Shown in pieces: positions 10,704 to 19,059 of a stretch of 29,565 bases of DNA; position 1 is the stretch's first letter, and each line of letters begins with the position of its first letter. The stretch is taken from contig CAYUNY010000001.1 in NCBI GenBank assembly GCA_964446315.1, positions 1-29,565 of the forward strand. Direction: 5' to 3'. A program made the position numbers and the translations under genes. The notes under the pieces were generated by a model that saw only the letters and a list, made by a program, of their open reading frames with translations, was not told the DNA's origin and did no database searches. This DNA is from an uncultured Candidatus Saccharibacteria bacterium. Lineage in GTDB: Bacteria; Patescibacteriota; Saccharimonadia; Saccharimonadales; UBA4665.

Positions 10704-11984
10704 CTACTTTTTCTTGCGGGTAGGCTTGGATGAAGCCAGGGAGTAAGTAGAAAATTCTGGAGCTGGGAAGATCATTACTCCTCCCTTTTCCAAATATTTG
10801 TGTTCACGGTCAATAAACGTTTGCCTGAAGAACCAGGGTAAAATTAACAGGTAATCGGGCTGTTTCTTTCGCATGTCGGCTTCAGAATAAATAGGAATGT
10901 TGGTGCCAATGGTGTGGCGTCCCCATTTAACTTCCTGTTTCTCGGCGATGCCATCTACCAGGCTGTCGTCGAGTCCGAACATCTGTAGCAAGGTGTTACC
11001 TTTTGTGCTGGCACCGTACCCCCAGACAGATTTGCCCTCTGCCTTAGCCTGTTTAATGAAGTCGGCTGTTTGCTTCTTGAGCGCCAAAATTCGCTTATAA
11101 AAGTCGGTGTACACTTTTTTAGTGTTAAAGCCTTCGCGTTCTTCCCAACCTAGCAATGAATCTACCCTTATCTTACAAATGTCACGGTCGGCAGGTGTCA
11201 GATAATTATCGGGGGCGCCTTGCTTTTGCAAGTACAGTCTAATTGAACCGCCATTAACGTTGTTAAGCTCAACGTCTTTGATAACGAAACCGACCCGGTC
11301 CGTCAGCCATTTCAATGATGTCAGGTTATAGTAACAGAGGTGCTCATGGCAAATAACACCAAGTTCGGTCTGCATGATGTTGGCCGGAGTGTAAGAAACC
11401 TGCAGTGTAAACAGACCATCGTCCTCGAGAATCTCATAGACGTCCTTTAGGAAACTCTCGGGGTTATCGACATCATAGAAACAGGCCGCACAACTGACTC
11501 GTGAGGCTTTGGTATAGCCGGCTTTTTTAAATGCTTTGGCAGAGAAGTATTCTCGAATGTTAACATCGGCATTGTCCTTTGCTTCGGGATAATCCGAAGG
11601 GTCAATACCAACGCGTAGATACTTCTTTTTATCGACTGTAGATAATAGGTAGCCGTCGTTGGAAGCAATGTCAACATAGACCGATTTCTCGCTTTTTTCG
11701 GGGATGGACTTACAGGTTTTTTCTGCCAGATCTTGCAGTGCCTCACGCATGGCCGGGTTTACGGCGCTACGGTAGTAATACATACTGCCCCACATTAATG
11801 CGGCATCGGGCTGTTTGGTTAGTTGCACGGCCTTGCTAACCGGGTCGAAGCCAAGGGCCATTTCGCAGGGTGGCCCCTTTGGTTTTTCGCCCTTTTTTAA
11901 AAAGTCAGACACATAAAGTTCGCCGACACTAAAGAGAGGCTCTAATTTCGCCCCAGATACCACGCTTTTTCTGTACTCCGTCAT
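10704..11984 (-). CDS. NDP-hexose C-methyltransferase-like SAM-dependent enzyme
   Basis: YYYRS, VDIASNDG, ICHEHLCYY, NGGSIR, GYGASTKGNTLLQ and LILPWFF match the three-domain sugar 3-C-methyltransferase layout. The N-terminal Zn-site cysteines appear replaced. Confidence 0.85.
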   Translation of the reverse strand: MTEYRKSVVSGAKLEPLFSVGELYVSDFLKKGEKPKGPPCEMALGFDPVSKAVQLTKQPDAALMWGSMYYYRSAVNPAMREALQDLAEKTCKSIPEKSEKSVYVDIASNDGYLLSTVDKKKYLRVGIDPSDYPEAKDNADVNIREYFSAKAFKKAGYTKASRVSCAACFYDVDNPESFLKDVYEILEDDGLFTLQVSYTPANIMQTELGVICHEHLCYYNLTSLKWLTDRVGFVIKDVELNNVNGGSIRLYLQKQGAPDNYLTPADRDICKIRVDSLLGWEEREGFNTKKVYTDFYKRILALKKQTADFIKQAKAEGKSVWGYGASTKGNTLLQMFGLDDSLVDGIAEKQEVKWGRHTIGTNIPIYSEADMRKKQPDYLLILPWFFRQTFIDREHKYLEKGGVMIFPAPEFSTYSLASSKPTRKKK

Positions 11985-12113
11985 GAATAAATATACTATC
12001 AGATAATGGTGGTTCTACAAATAATTCGTTTGTGGTGAGTCAGATAGGTTTTGACTGGTAAAGTGTGAAGAAAAGTACTACAATAGTGTTGCAAGTCTAG
12101 TAAAATAAATACT

Positions 12114-12665
12114 GTGAAACAGCTAAAAAATTTCCGCGCCAAACACCCGTTTGCTTATATAACTCTCGTTCTGATAGTTATGGCTATTGCCGTGTTCGTA
12201 TTGCTAGAAGTTACCAATACGACCCACATATTCCACAAATCGTCTAAGCTGGCGACGGCCCGCAGTAAAGACTACAAGCCAAGCTCTCCTACAAGCACGA
12301 ATCAAGGCGGTGCTGTTGATAAAAAAGGTGCTCCTACTCCAACAACTGAAACAACAAGCTCAGCACAATGGACCACTTCCACCTCTGGGGTCATTACCCT
12401 GCAACAACCGGTAGCTAACACGACCGTCAATTCGGGTGACACCTTGCGGGGTACCGCCGAAACTGATACTATCCAGTACCGCCTTGTTGACGACAAAGTC
12501 GGCATTATTGCTCAGGGTTCTTTAAGCGTTGTTGGTGGAAAATTCTCCGGGGTATTGCAGTTTAACGCGCATAGTACTACCGGTGAACTGAAAGTATTCA
12601 GTATTGACCCTCAATCCGGAGCCGAAATTAACCACGCCGATATTAAGATCAATCTTAATCCATAG
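12114..12665 (+). CDS. Membrane-anchored exported protein: N-terminal TM, Ser/Thr/Pro-rich linker, C-terminal Ig-like (Gmad2-like) domain
   Basis: TM segment AYITLVLIVMAIAVFVLL; linker SSPTSTNQ..PTPTTETTSSAQWTTSTS; beta-rich ITLQQP..LRGTA..YRLVD..G..GELKVF. GTG start with TAAAAT 7 nt upstream. Confidence 0.6.
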   Translation: MKQLKNFRAKHPFAYITLVLIVMAIAVFVLLEVTNTTHIFHKSSKLATARSKDYKPSSPTSTNQGGAVDKKGAPTPTTETTSSAQWTTSTSGVITLQQPVANTTVNSGDTLRGTAETDTIQYRLVDDKVGIIAQGSLSVVGGKFSGVLQFNAHSTTGELKVFSIDPQSGAEINHADIKINLNP

Positions 12666-12682
12666 AAAGGCCGTTATAAGTA

Positions 12683-14929
12683 ATGTTCCAGCGTAAAAAG
12701 CCGTTTAGCCTTCTCACTGCTAGTCTGCTGGTATTGGCTTCGGTGCTAGGTTCACTCCTTCTGCCACAAGACGCACATGCTGCATATATAGCAAGCGATC
12801 TTATCGACAATATTATCTTCACTAATGCCGGCTCTATGGACCAGGGCCAGATTCAGACCTTTTTATCTGGTAAAGGTGGCTACATAGCTGGCTATTCGAC
12901 TTTCAGCGGCCGGGATGGTGGTAATGTACCAGCCTCGCGGATTATTGCCGAGGCCGCCTCGGACTATGGTATTAATCCGCAAGCTATTATGGCGACTCTG
13001 CAAAAAGAACAAAGCCTTGTAACGGATCCTAGCCCCAGCCAGTCTCAACTTAATTGCGCCATGGGATATTTATCTTGCGATGGTAGCCACAACTCCTTTT
13101 ATTCACAGGTTGATGCCGGAACATGGCAACTTCGCTACAGCTATGAAGCAAGTAGCGGTCGGGCTTGGGGTGGTCACTCTGTGTCTGAATACCCTTGCAA
13201 AAATGCCACCAACCTTTATTCTGCTGGCCTTTACCCAGGCAACACTGTTACTTTCTATAACAGCCCTGGTGGCTCGGCCAGGACAATTACTCTAGCTAAC
13301 GCGGCTACTGCTTCTCTCTATTGCTACACGCCTTACGTTGGGCCCTATAGTCAGACTGGCTATTCCGGTAGCTATAATTTTGTGATCAACTTTGAGGCTT
13401 GGTTCGGCAGTACCTTAGCATCCCCACTTGTGAAGTCATCAAGTAGCCCTAGCATTTATCTCCTTGATAGCGACGGCCAGACGCTACACCCGATCCCTTC
13501 GTATGACATAATGAGTGCGTTCGGATTATCGAGTACGCCGGTTACTGTTGTAAATTCATTGTCGGACTTTACCGTTGGTTCGACATTACATACTCTGATA
13601 CAAAGATCCGATGGCGGCATTTACTTAGTTGATCATGGCGTGAAGTATGCCATTAACAGTGGTGCTACCTGTACCAACTGGGGATTGGGCTGTTTCGACA
13701 CGAATCAAGTAACTACTGGCATGGGTGACAGAACCGTTGACGCAGTTCCTGTGGCCGGCACACTACCGGCACTGCAGAACAATAACGGCGCGGTTTACCT
13801 AATGAAAAATGGTAATAAGGAGCCGGTGATCAGCCCATCCGCGCTGTTTGAACTAGGTTATGGCTGGGGCGATGTAGCGCCAATTAGCAATTACAATAGT
13901 ACCCAACCGCTAGGGCCGCTACATATTCCCAATGGCATGGCTGTGAAATATAAATCTGGCGATGGCATATATCTCTATGACAACGGTGCTTATAATGCAA
14001 TTCAGGACATTAACCTTGTGTCGGCCTGGAACTTGAATGTTATCGCTAACCCCCCGGCTTCCAGTTATGACACGACACCACCACCCGTTTCCAGTGATGT
14101 TTTGTCCAATTTTGCTACCGATGGAAGAGACACCTACCTGATAGATCAGGGCATGAGAAAGTACATAACGTCCGGATTATCAGCGTGGACCACTGGATCG
14201 ACTCATATTACCAGTTTTGCCCACGCCGCTCTGGCTAAGCTACCAAGCTCATCCGCGACTACAATAATCCGGGCTGCTAGCGGCGGCATTTATGCCCTAC
14301 AGAACGGCGCTAAACGTCCTATACCTTCCTTTAATGACTTTTATGGGCTGGGGCTTAGCCCGAGCCAGCTAACTAACGTTTCTGATTACACTGCTTCGAC
14401 CCTCGCAACTGGCAATGTAGACCTGCCTGATTCGGCTCTGTTCCAGGTCAGTGGCAACCCAGGCATCTACCTGGTAAATAATCAGGGCGCCACCTGGCTC
14501 AGCACGCCAAACGACTTTTCCTATTTCGGTTTCAATTCGCGCGCCGTCGAGCAATTCCCCTCAAGTGTACTAACGGCATATCCTGCCAGTAGTGACGGGC
14601 TATTGGTGTTGGTCAGAAACGACAGCGGCCAGGTTTATACAGCCAGCAACGGCACCTTGTATGTCCTGAGCAGTAAGATCGTGAACGACTGGGGATTGGG
14701 GAGCGCTTCACCCACTCTCCTGAGCAATAAAAACCTATCCAGCCTCGGTAAATCGAATATGACTAATTTCGCACGCACGCCGAGCGGCTCCATCTACTAC
14801 GGCCAAGGCGGTTCTGCGCACCCGATCTCTAGTTACAACGAATTCTTGAGCTTAGGCGGTAGCTCCAGTAATACCATCAACGTTGCGCCTGAGTTTATTG
14901 CACTGTGCCCCGTTGGCTCAACACTGTAG
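12683..14929 (+). CDS. Secreted surface protein: signal peptide, putative lysozyme-like/cell-wall-hydrolase domain, nine ~55-aa repeats
   Basis: Signal peptide ending AHA-A. N-domain motifs IIFTN..SM..QIQTFL and YGINPQAIMATLQKEQSL. Repeats follow from aa ~249 to the C-terminus. Confidence 0.65.
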   Translation: MFQRKKPFSLLTASLLVLASVLGSLLLPQDAHAAYIASDLIDNIIFTNAGSMDQGQIQTFLSGKGGYIAGYSTFSGRDGGNVPASRIIAEAASDYGINPQAIMATLQKEQSLVTDPSPSQSQLNCAMGYLSCDGSHNSFYSQVDAGTWQLRYSYEASSGRAWGGHSVSEYPCKNATNLYSAGLYPGNTVTFYNSPGGSARTITLANAATASLYCYTPYVGPYSQTGYSGSYNFVINFEAWFGSTLASPLVKSSSSPSIYLLDSDGQTLHPIPSYDIMSAFGLSSTPVTVVNSLSDFTVGSTLHTLIQRSDGGIYLVDHGVKYAINSGATCTNWGLGCFDTNQVTTGMGDRTVDAVPVAGTLPALQNNNGAVYLMKNGNKEPVISPSALFELGYGWGDVAPISNYNSTQPLGPLHIPNGMAVKYKSGDGIYLYDNGAYNAIQDINLVSAWNLNVIANPPASSYDTTPPPVSSDVLSNFATDGRDTYLIDQGMRKYITSGLSAWTTGSTHITSFAHAALAKLPSSSATTIIRAASGGIYALQNGAKRPIPSFNDFYGLGLSPSQLTNVSDYTASTLATGNVDLPDSALFQVSGNPGIYLVNNQGATWLSTPNDFSYFGFNSRAVEQFPSSVLTAYPASSDGLLVLVRNDSGQVYTASNGTLYVLSSKIVNDWGLGSASPTLLSNKNLSSLGKSNMTNFARTPSGSIYYGQGGSAHPISSYNEFLSLGGSSSNTINVAPEFIALCPVGSTL
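13427..14926 (+). repeat. Nine degenerate ~50-60-aa protein repeats
   Basis: Recurring unit x-(L/I/F)-x-x-(S/N/D)-(G/P)-x-(I/V)-Y-L-x-x-x-G-x-x-x-x-I...(F/W/L)G. Examples: SPSIYLLDSDGQ, DGGIYLVDHGV, NGAVYLMKNGN, GDGIYLYDNGA, RDTYLIDQGM, SGGIYALQNGA, NPGIYLVNNQG, SGQVYTASNGT, SGSIYYGQGGS. Confidence 0.8.
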
Positions 14930-14960
14930 AGTATTTCAACCAAGCTTCTCTTAGACTCTG

Positions 14961-17900
14961 TTATTTAGTACTCACATAGTTCCAGATGGTATCGAGCTGT
15001 TGAGACCAGGTATATCCTAGAGATTGAAGACCATTCTTGGCAATTTTATCCCTTAGTACCTTATCGTCAACTAGTAACGAAATCTTTTCGGCCATAGCCG
15101 CAGGTGAAGGCTCGCTTAATAAGCAATTTACCCCGTCTTTTAATAACCAGAGGTTATCTTCGTTATTGTTTGTAACTGTAGCCATACCGGAAGCCATAAA
15201 CTCGAATGGCTGATATGAGGGGTGCTTAGACAGCATATAAACAAACCCTATGTCGCAGTTCCTATAAAGGTCCGCTACTTCGTCTATAGATTTTAATAGC
15301 CCGAGATTGAGTATTTTGCCTCGTAGGCCGAAGTCGCCATCCGACCAATTAGCACCTGCTGTAATTATTTCTATCTTATCACCGTATTTTTTGATCAAGC
15401 GCTTCATAATATCTATGCCCAAATTGAAAGCATTGCGGGGATTATTGGGTCTGGCATAAAAGAAAACGCGAACCTTCTTGTCAGTCCTCTTATAGGCGAG
15501 CGGTCTGTATAAGGTTTGGTCTACCGCAGGAATGAAACTAACTCCTTCTGTCCCGTGACGCTGATTTATAGCAGCAAGAAGACCGGGCGTGTTGACTAGG
15601 CCTTTAAAGCCAAATCGATACGTTGACTCAGCCAGCGCATAGGTTGAGCCCGCTTGGTAAAAAAGTGGCTCGTAATCCTGTATAAAGTAGTACTTTCTTT
15701 TTGTCTTGTTGAACTTTAACAAGAGGTAGGCCGAGACCCAGAAGGAACAAATTGCGACATCACACGCTGGTAGATCATCCAGGTCTTGATAGGCCGGGTC
15801 AAAGATTATGAGTTCGTATTTATCAAGTTTGGGAAACTTCAGACTAATCTCTTTTTTAAGCTTTTCCACGTCAAACGAGGGGTTGTCGTAGATAATGATG
15901 CGGTTGTGCACACCCTCCTTAGAAAATTTTTCAATAAACCTGAAGATGGTGAAAATGCCTCCAAAACTAAGATGGTCGAAATTCGGCACAAACCAGTTTG
16001 CCGTTGATACCTTTTCGAGCTGATGAGCGGTAATTTGTTTGTTGCTTCTTGTAATGTCAGCTTCAGTTATTTGAAATATCTTATTTGAAACAAAGTTATA
16101 TTCTTCCCTAAGTTCTTTGCTGGTCATCATCTTTGAGCGCCTTGGCGCGAGGCGGTTTAAGGCCCTTAGGCGATATCTTGTGGTACTACGTAGCTTTCTA
16201 GCTACACCCTTGGGTCCGTGATTACGATACGTGTGAATTGCTTTCTGTACGGCTCCGCTCATTGACGTTGTGTCCAGTCCTATCTGTTCATTCATTAGGT
16301 CTAGGTTGATATTAAAGTAAGGGTCTCTACCGCCTAGATATGGGCGGTAATACTTCAGGGAATGATCATAATCTAATTGTATGCCATTATCGTAAGAACC
16401 GACAGAGAGGTTCTCGTGGTGAATGAGTTCGGCAAAGGGCCAGTATATGTTCCTATAGCCGGCTTCGTGCAAGCTTATGCCCAGTGCGACATCGTTTCCT
16501 GCCACTAAAAATGTTTCGTCCAAGCCCCCCACTTCCTTATATTTAGCATGCTCTATGGCGAGGCACGCTCCAGTGACTGCCAAATAATTTCGTGGCCATG
16601 CCGGCATACCAAAGTCAGTCCAGTCCGTTAAAAGTCTATGTCGAAAAACATGGCCGGCCATAACTTTCATACCTACAATAATGCCCGCGTGTTGAATCGT
16701 CTTATTGGGGTAATAGAGAAGTGGGCCAACTGCGCCAACGCCTTGCTGTGATGCAACGCCTATAAGTTCTTCTAACCAATCTGACGTTAGGACCTCGGTA
16801 TCGTTATTGAGCAAAACAAGGTATTCACCGCCTGCCTGCTTACTACCAAAGTTATTGATTGCCGAATAATTAAAGGGGTGGTCCCATAGATATATCTTGC
16901 ATTTTTCATTTAACTTTAAGGTATTTAAGTATTTGTGCGTTTCTTCTTCCTTGCTATTGTTTGAAACTAGAATGATTTCATAGTTTTTATAAGTAGTCTT
17001 GGACAATATGCTACCAACGCACTGCTTGAGGAGGTCTGGCTTGTCCTTAAAGGGAATTATGATTGAGACTTTTGGTTGCTTCGCAGGCAGTTTGTACTTT
17101 AACCGATAGTTGGTTGGTCTATTGCGTATCTCAAGGACATCTGCCTCTAGTTTTCTCCTTTCGACCGCATCGGCCAGCGCTCTGCGACCAGCTGTGTCGG
17201 CATAGTCTTTTTCTCCAACATTTTTTGATGTTGAGCCATCAGCTAGGCGCCAATGGTACAAAATTTTAGGAATGTGCCCGATTCTATCGGTTTTTTCCGT
17301 GAAACGAAGTAGAAAATCGTAGTCTTGTGCGCCATCAAAGCCCGGACGCAGACCACCGATCTCGTCAACTATTGCTTTCCTAGCAACAACAAAATGCGTA
17401 ATGTAATTCACGCCTAGCAATAGATCAGGTGACCAGTTTGGTTTAAAAAATGGTAGTGAGCGTTTTTCGCCATCATCGCTGAGCTTATCCTCATCTGAAT
17501 ATACTAAATCCAGCTTTGGGTCCCAGTTTAGTACACTCACAACCTCGCTAAGCGCAAATGGCGAAAGAACATCATCATGATCTAAAAACGCAACGTACTC
17601 ACCGCTTGCATTATCTATGCCAATATTCGTATTGCCTACAATGCCGAGGTTCTCCTTAACATCAATGTATTTGATCCGCTTGTCTTGCCTGGCAAGCTCC
17701 TTAATACTGTTTTTTGTGGCCTGTTGATCTGAGCCGTCGGCGAGACAAAGTTGCCAGTTTTGATAGGTCTGATTGATAACGGATTCTAATAGTGGTGATA
17801 TATATTTCTTGGGCGTGTTAAAGCATGGCATCACAATAGATATTAGTGGCCCCTGATTTTCATGATTGTGTTGCGAATCAGCGTTATCTGCTTCAAAAAG

Positions 17901-18020
17901 CCTTGGTTCGACTTTATCAATCCAGGCTTGGTAATCTCTCTTATCTTTTTTCCAGCCTTTAGCGCGCGAAACCATGCCTATAACCCACGGATTTTTTGAC
18001 TTTAGGATTCTTTTCTTCAA
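14961..18020 (-). CDS. Tri-domain glycosyltransferase GT2 + GT2 + WsaF-like GT4 (putative rhamnan polymerase)
   Basis: First GT2 from aa ~59 (ISIVMPCFNT, FLDHDD, YSDEDK, FKPNWSP). Second GT2 from aa ~317 (VSIIIPFKD, FNYSAINN, LLNNDTEV). GT-B from aa ~670 (FGGIFT, YFIQDYEPLFY, AESTY, RPNNPRNAF, SKHPSYQPFEFMASG). TTG start; alternative ATG at 17975. Confidence 0.88.
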   Translation of the reverse strand: MKKRILKSKNPWVIGMVSRAKGWKKDKRDYQAWIDKVEPRLFEADNADSQHNHENQGPLISIVMPCFNTPKKYISPLLESVINQTYQNWQLCLADGSDQQATKNSIKELARQDKRIKYIDVKENLGIVGNTNIGIDNASGEYVAFLDHDDVLSPFALSEVVSVLNWDPKLDLVYSDEDKLSDDGEKRSLPFFKPNWSPDLLLGVNYITHFVVARKAIVDEIGGLRPGFDGAQDYDFLLRFTEKTDRIGHIPKILYHWRLADGSTSKNVGEKDYADTAGRRALADAVERRKLEADVLEIRNRPTNYRLKYKLPAKQPKVSIIIPFKDKPDLLKQCVGSILSKTTYKNYEIILVSNNSKEEETHKYLNTLKLNEKCKIYLWDHPFNYSAINNFGSKQAGGEYLVLLNNDTEVLTSDWLEELIGVASQQGVGAVGPLLYYPNKTIQHAGIIVGMKVMAGHVFRHRLLTDWTDFGMPAWPRNYLAVTGACLAIEHAKYKEVGGLDETFLVAGNDVALGISLHEAGYRNIYWPFAELIHHENLSVGSYDNGIQLDYDHSLKYYRPYLGGRDPYFNINLDLMNEQIGLDTTSMSGAVQKAIHTYRNHGPKGVARKLRSTTRYRLRALNRLAPRRSKMMTSKELREEYNFVSNKIFQITEADITRSNKQITAHQLEKVSTANWFVPNFDHLSFGGIFTIFRFIEKFSKEGVHNRIIIYDNPSFDVEKLKKEISLKFPKLDKYELIIFDPAYQDLDDLPACDVAICSFWVSAYLLLKFNKTKRKYYFIQDYEPLFYQAGSTYALAESTYRFGFKGLVNTPGLLAAINQRHGTEGVSFIPAVDQTLYRPLAYKRTDKKVRVFFYARPNNPRNAFNLGIDIMKRLIKKYGDKIEIITAGANWSDGDFGLRGKILNLGLLKSIDEVADLYRNCDIGFVYMLSKHPSYQPFEFMASGMATVTNNNEDNLWLLKDGVNCLLSEPSPAAMAEKISLLVDDKVLRDKIAKNGLQSLGYTWSQQLDTIWNYVSTK

Positions 18021-18048
18021 TATAAGTATGCCCTGCTCTCGCCACTAG

Positions 18049-18999
18049 TTATTTTGGGGAAATTTTAGCCTTGGTGCTAGAAAGTCGCTTTGCAAGCCTC
18101 CATGCTTTACTTTTTTTAATATTATCAAGATCGGTCTTATGTTTGTTTAGTTCAGCGATCTGCTCTTCTTTAGCCTTCAAGATACCCTCGTAGTGGCTGA
18201 TTGTATCCTTTATGTATGCTTGTAATTCGTCCCCCTGTTCGCCAACTTGTTTAGAGCTCCAATGTTCTGAAAGCACACCAATAGGGCTTATCGATTCTTG
18301 TATCGGTTCGTCAGAACATATCAACATGAAGAAAAGTACCTGCTCCGGCTTCAGGGGCGCAGCATTAATGATTCTGATTTTTTCATCGCTCTCTTCAAAA
18401 ATCATCTTATCGTTACTGACTCCGCTATAAAGCCATGTGCCTTGGTAATAAGAGTCAACGTATTTAAAGTGTTTTTTTAAGAAATCAACGAGTTCTTTGT
18501 GCTCATACTCATGTACATGGAAGTGATTACCTTCTGGAAACTCCAGATCGTTTGGGGTAGAAAGAATGAGCTGTCCCTTGGGCTTAAGCACTCTTTTTAT
18601 CTCCCGCAAAAACTTCTCTGCTTCTTTAATGTGCTCCAACGTTTCAAATGTTACGACACTTTCTACCGAGTTATTATCAATCGGTATTTTGGTTCCGCTA
18701 CCAACCTTAAAGGTAATGTTAGGGTTATTAAAATTTTTCTTGGCGTACTCTACGGCCCCCTTGTCAATGTCAACTCCGTAAACCTCGTTTGCTGTTTGGG
18801 CAAGCATTTGTGTGCCATATCCCGACCCGCAAGCAATATCAAGAATAGTTTTTCCCTTAACCAGTGGTGCCGCAGACTGGTATCTGGCTATATGGTCGCC
18901 GTATGCAATGGTAGCTTTGTGGTGCTCAGGCACCATCCTCTCTCCATCGTTAGGCAGTTCTACCTTTTTCTTGTTCGTGGTTGGCTTCGGTGTTCGCAT
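18049..18999 (-). CDS. Class I SAM-dependent methyltransferase with C-terminal coiled coil (putative glycan chain terminator)
   Basis: ERMVP..HIARY, ILDIACGSGYGT, VTFETLEH, LILSTPN, NHFHVHEY. The tail LKAKEEQIAELNKHKTDLDNIKKSKAWRLAKRL is heptad-like. Confidence 0.85.
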   Translation of the reverse strand: MRTPKPTTNKKKVELPNDGERMVPEHHKATIAYGDHIARYQSAAPLVKGKTILDIACGSGYGTQMLAQTANEVYGVDIDKGAVEYAKKNFNNPNITFKVGSGTKIPIDNNSVESVVTFETLEHIKEAEKFLREIKRVLKPKGQLILSTPNDLEFPEGNHFHVHEYEHKELVDFLKKHFKYVDSYYQGTWLYSGVSNDKMIFEESDEKIRIINAAPLKPEQVLFFMLICSDEPIQESISPIGVLSEHWSSKQVGEQGDELQAYIKDTISHYEGILKAKEEQIAELNKHKTDLDNIKKSKAWRLAKRLSSTKAKISPK

Positions 19000-19008
19000 A
19001 TGACCTCT

Positions 19009-19037
19009 ATTCTAACTTCGTTGGTGCAAGTAAACAA
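19009..19037 (-). promoter_or_regulatory. Putative internal sigma70-type promoter for the methyltransferase/polymerase pair
   Basis: TTGTTT (19037-19032), a 17-nt spacer, TAGAAT (19014-19009), then 9 nt to the ATG at 18999. Confidence 0.45.
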
Positions 19038-19059
19038 CCTGCGCAGTAGTTGTTCTCAT

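Noticed and set aside
13427-14926. Repeats as a CRISPR array or DNA-level tandem repeat
   Set aside because: The periodicity is visible only at the protein level within an open frame, with no identical DNA repeat-spacer pattern.
19033-19054. aacaac-N10-gttgtt hairpin between wzt and the methyltransferase as a terminator
   Set aside because: The stem is AU-rich and 6 bp long with no clear U tract, and it overlaps the putative -35 box. Too weak to call.
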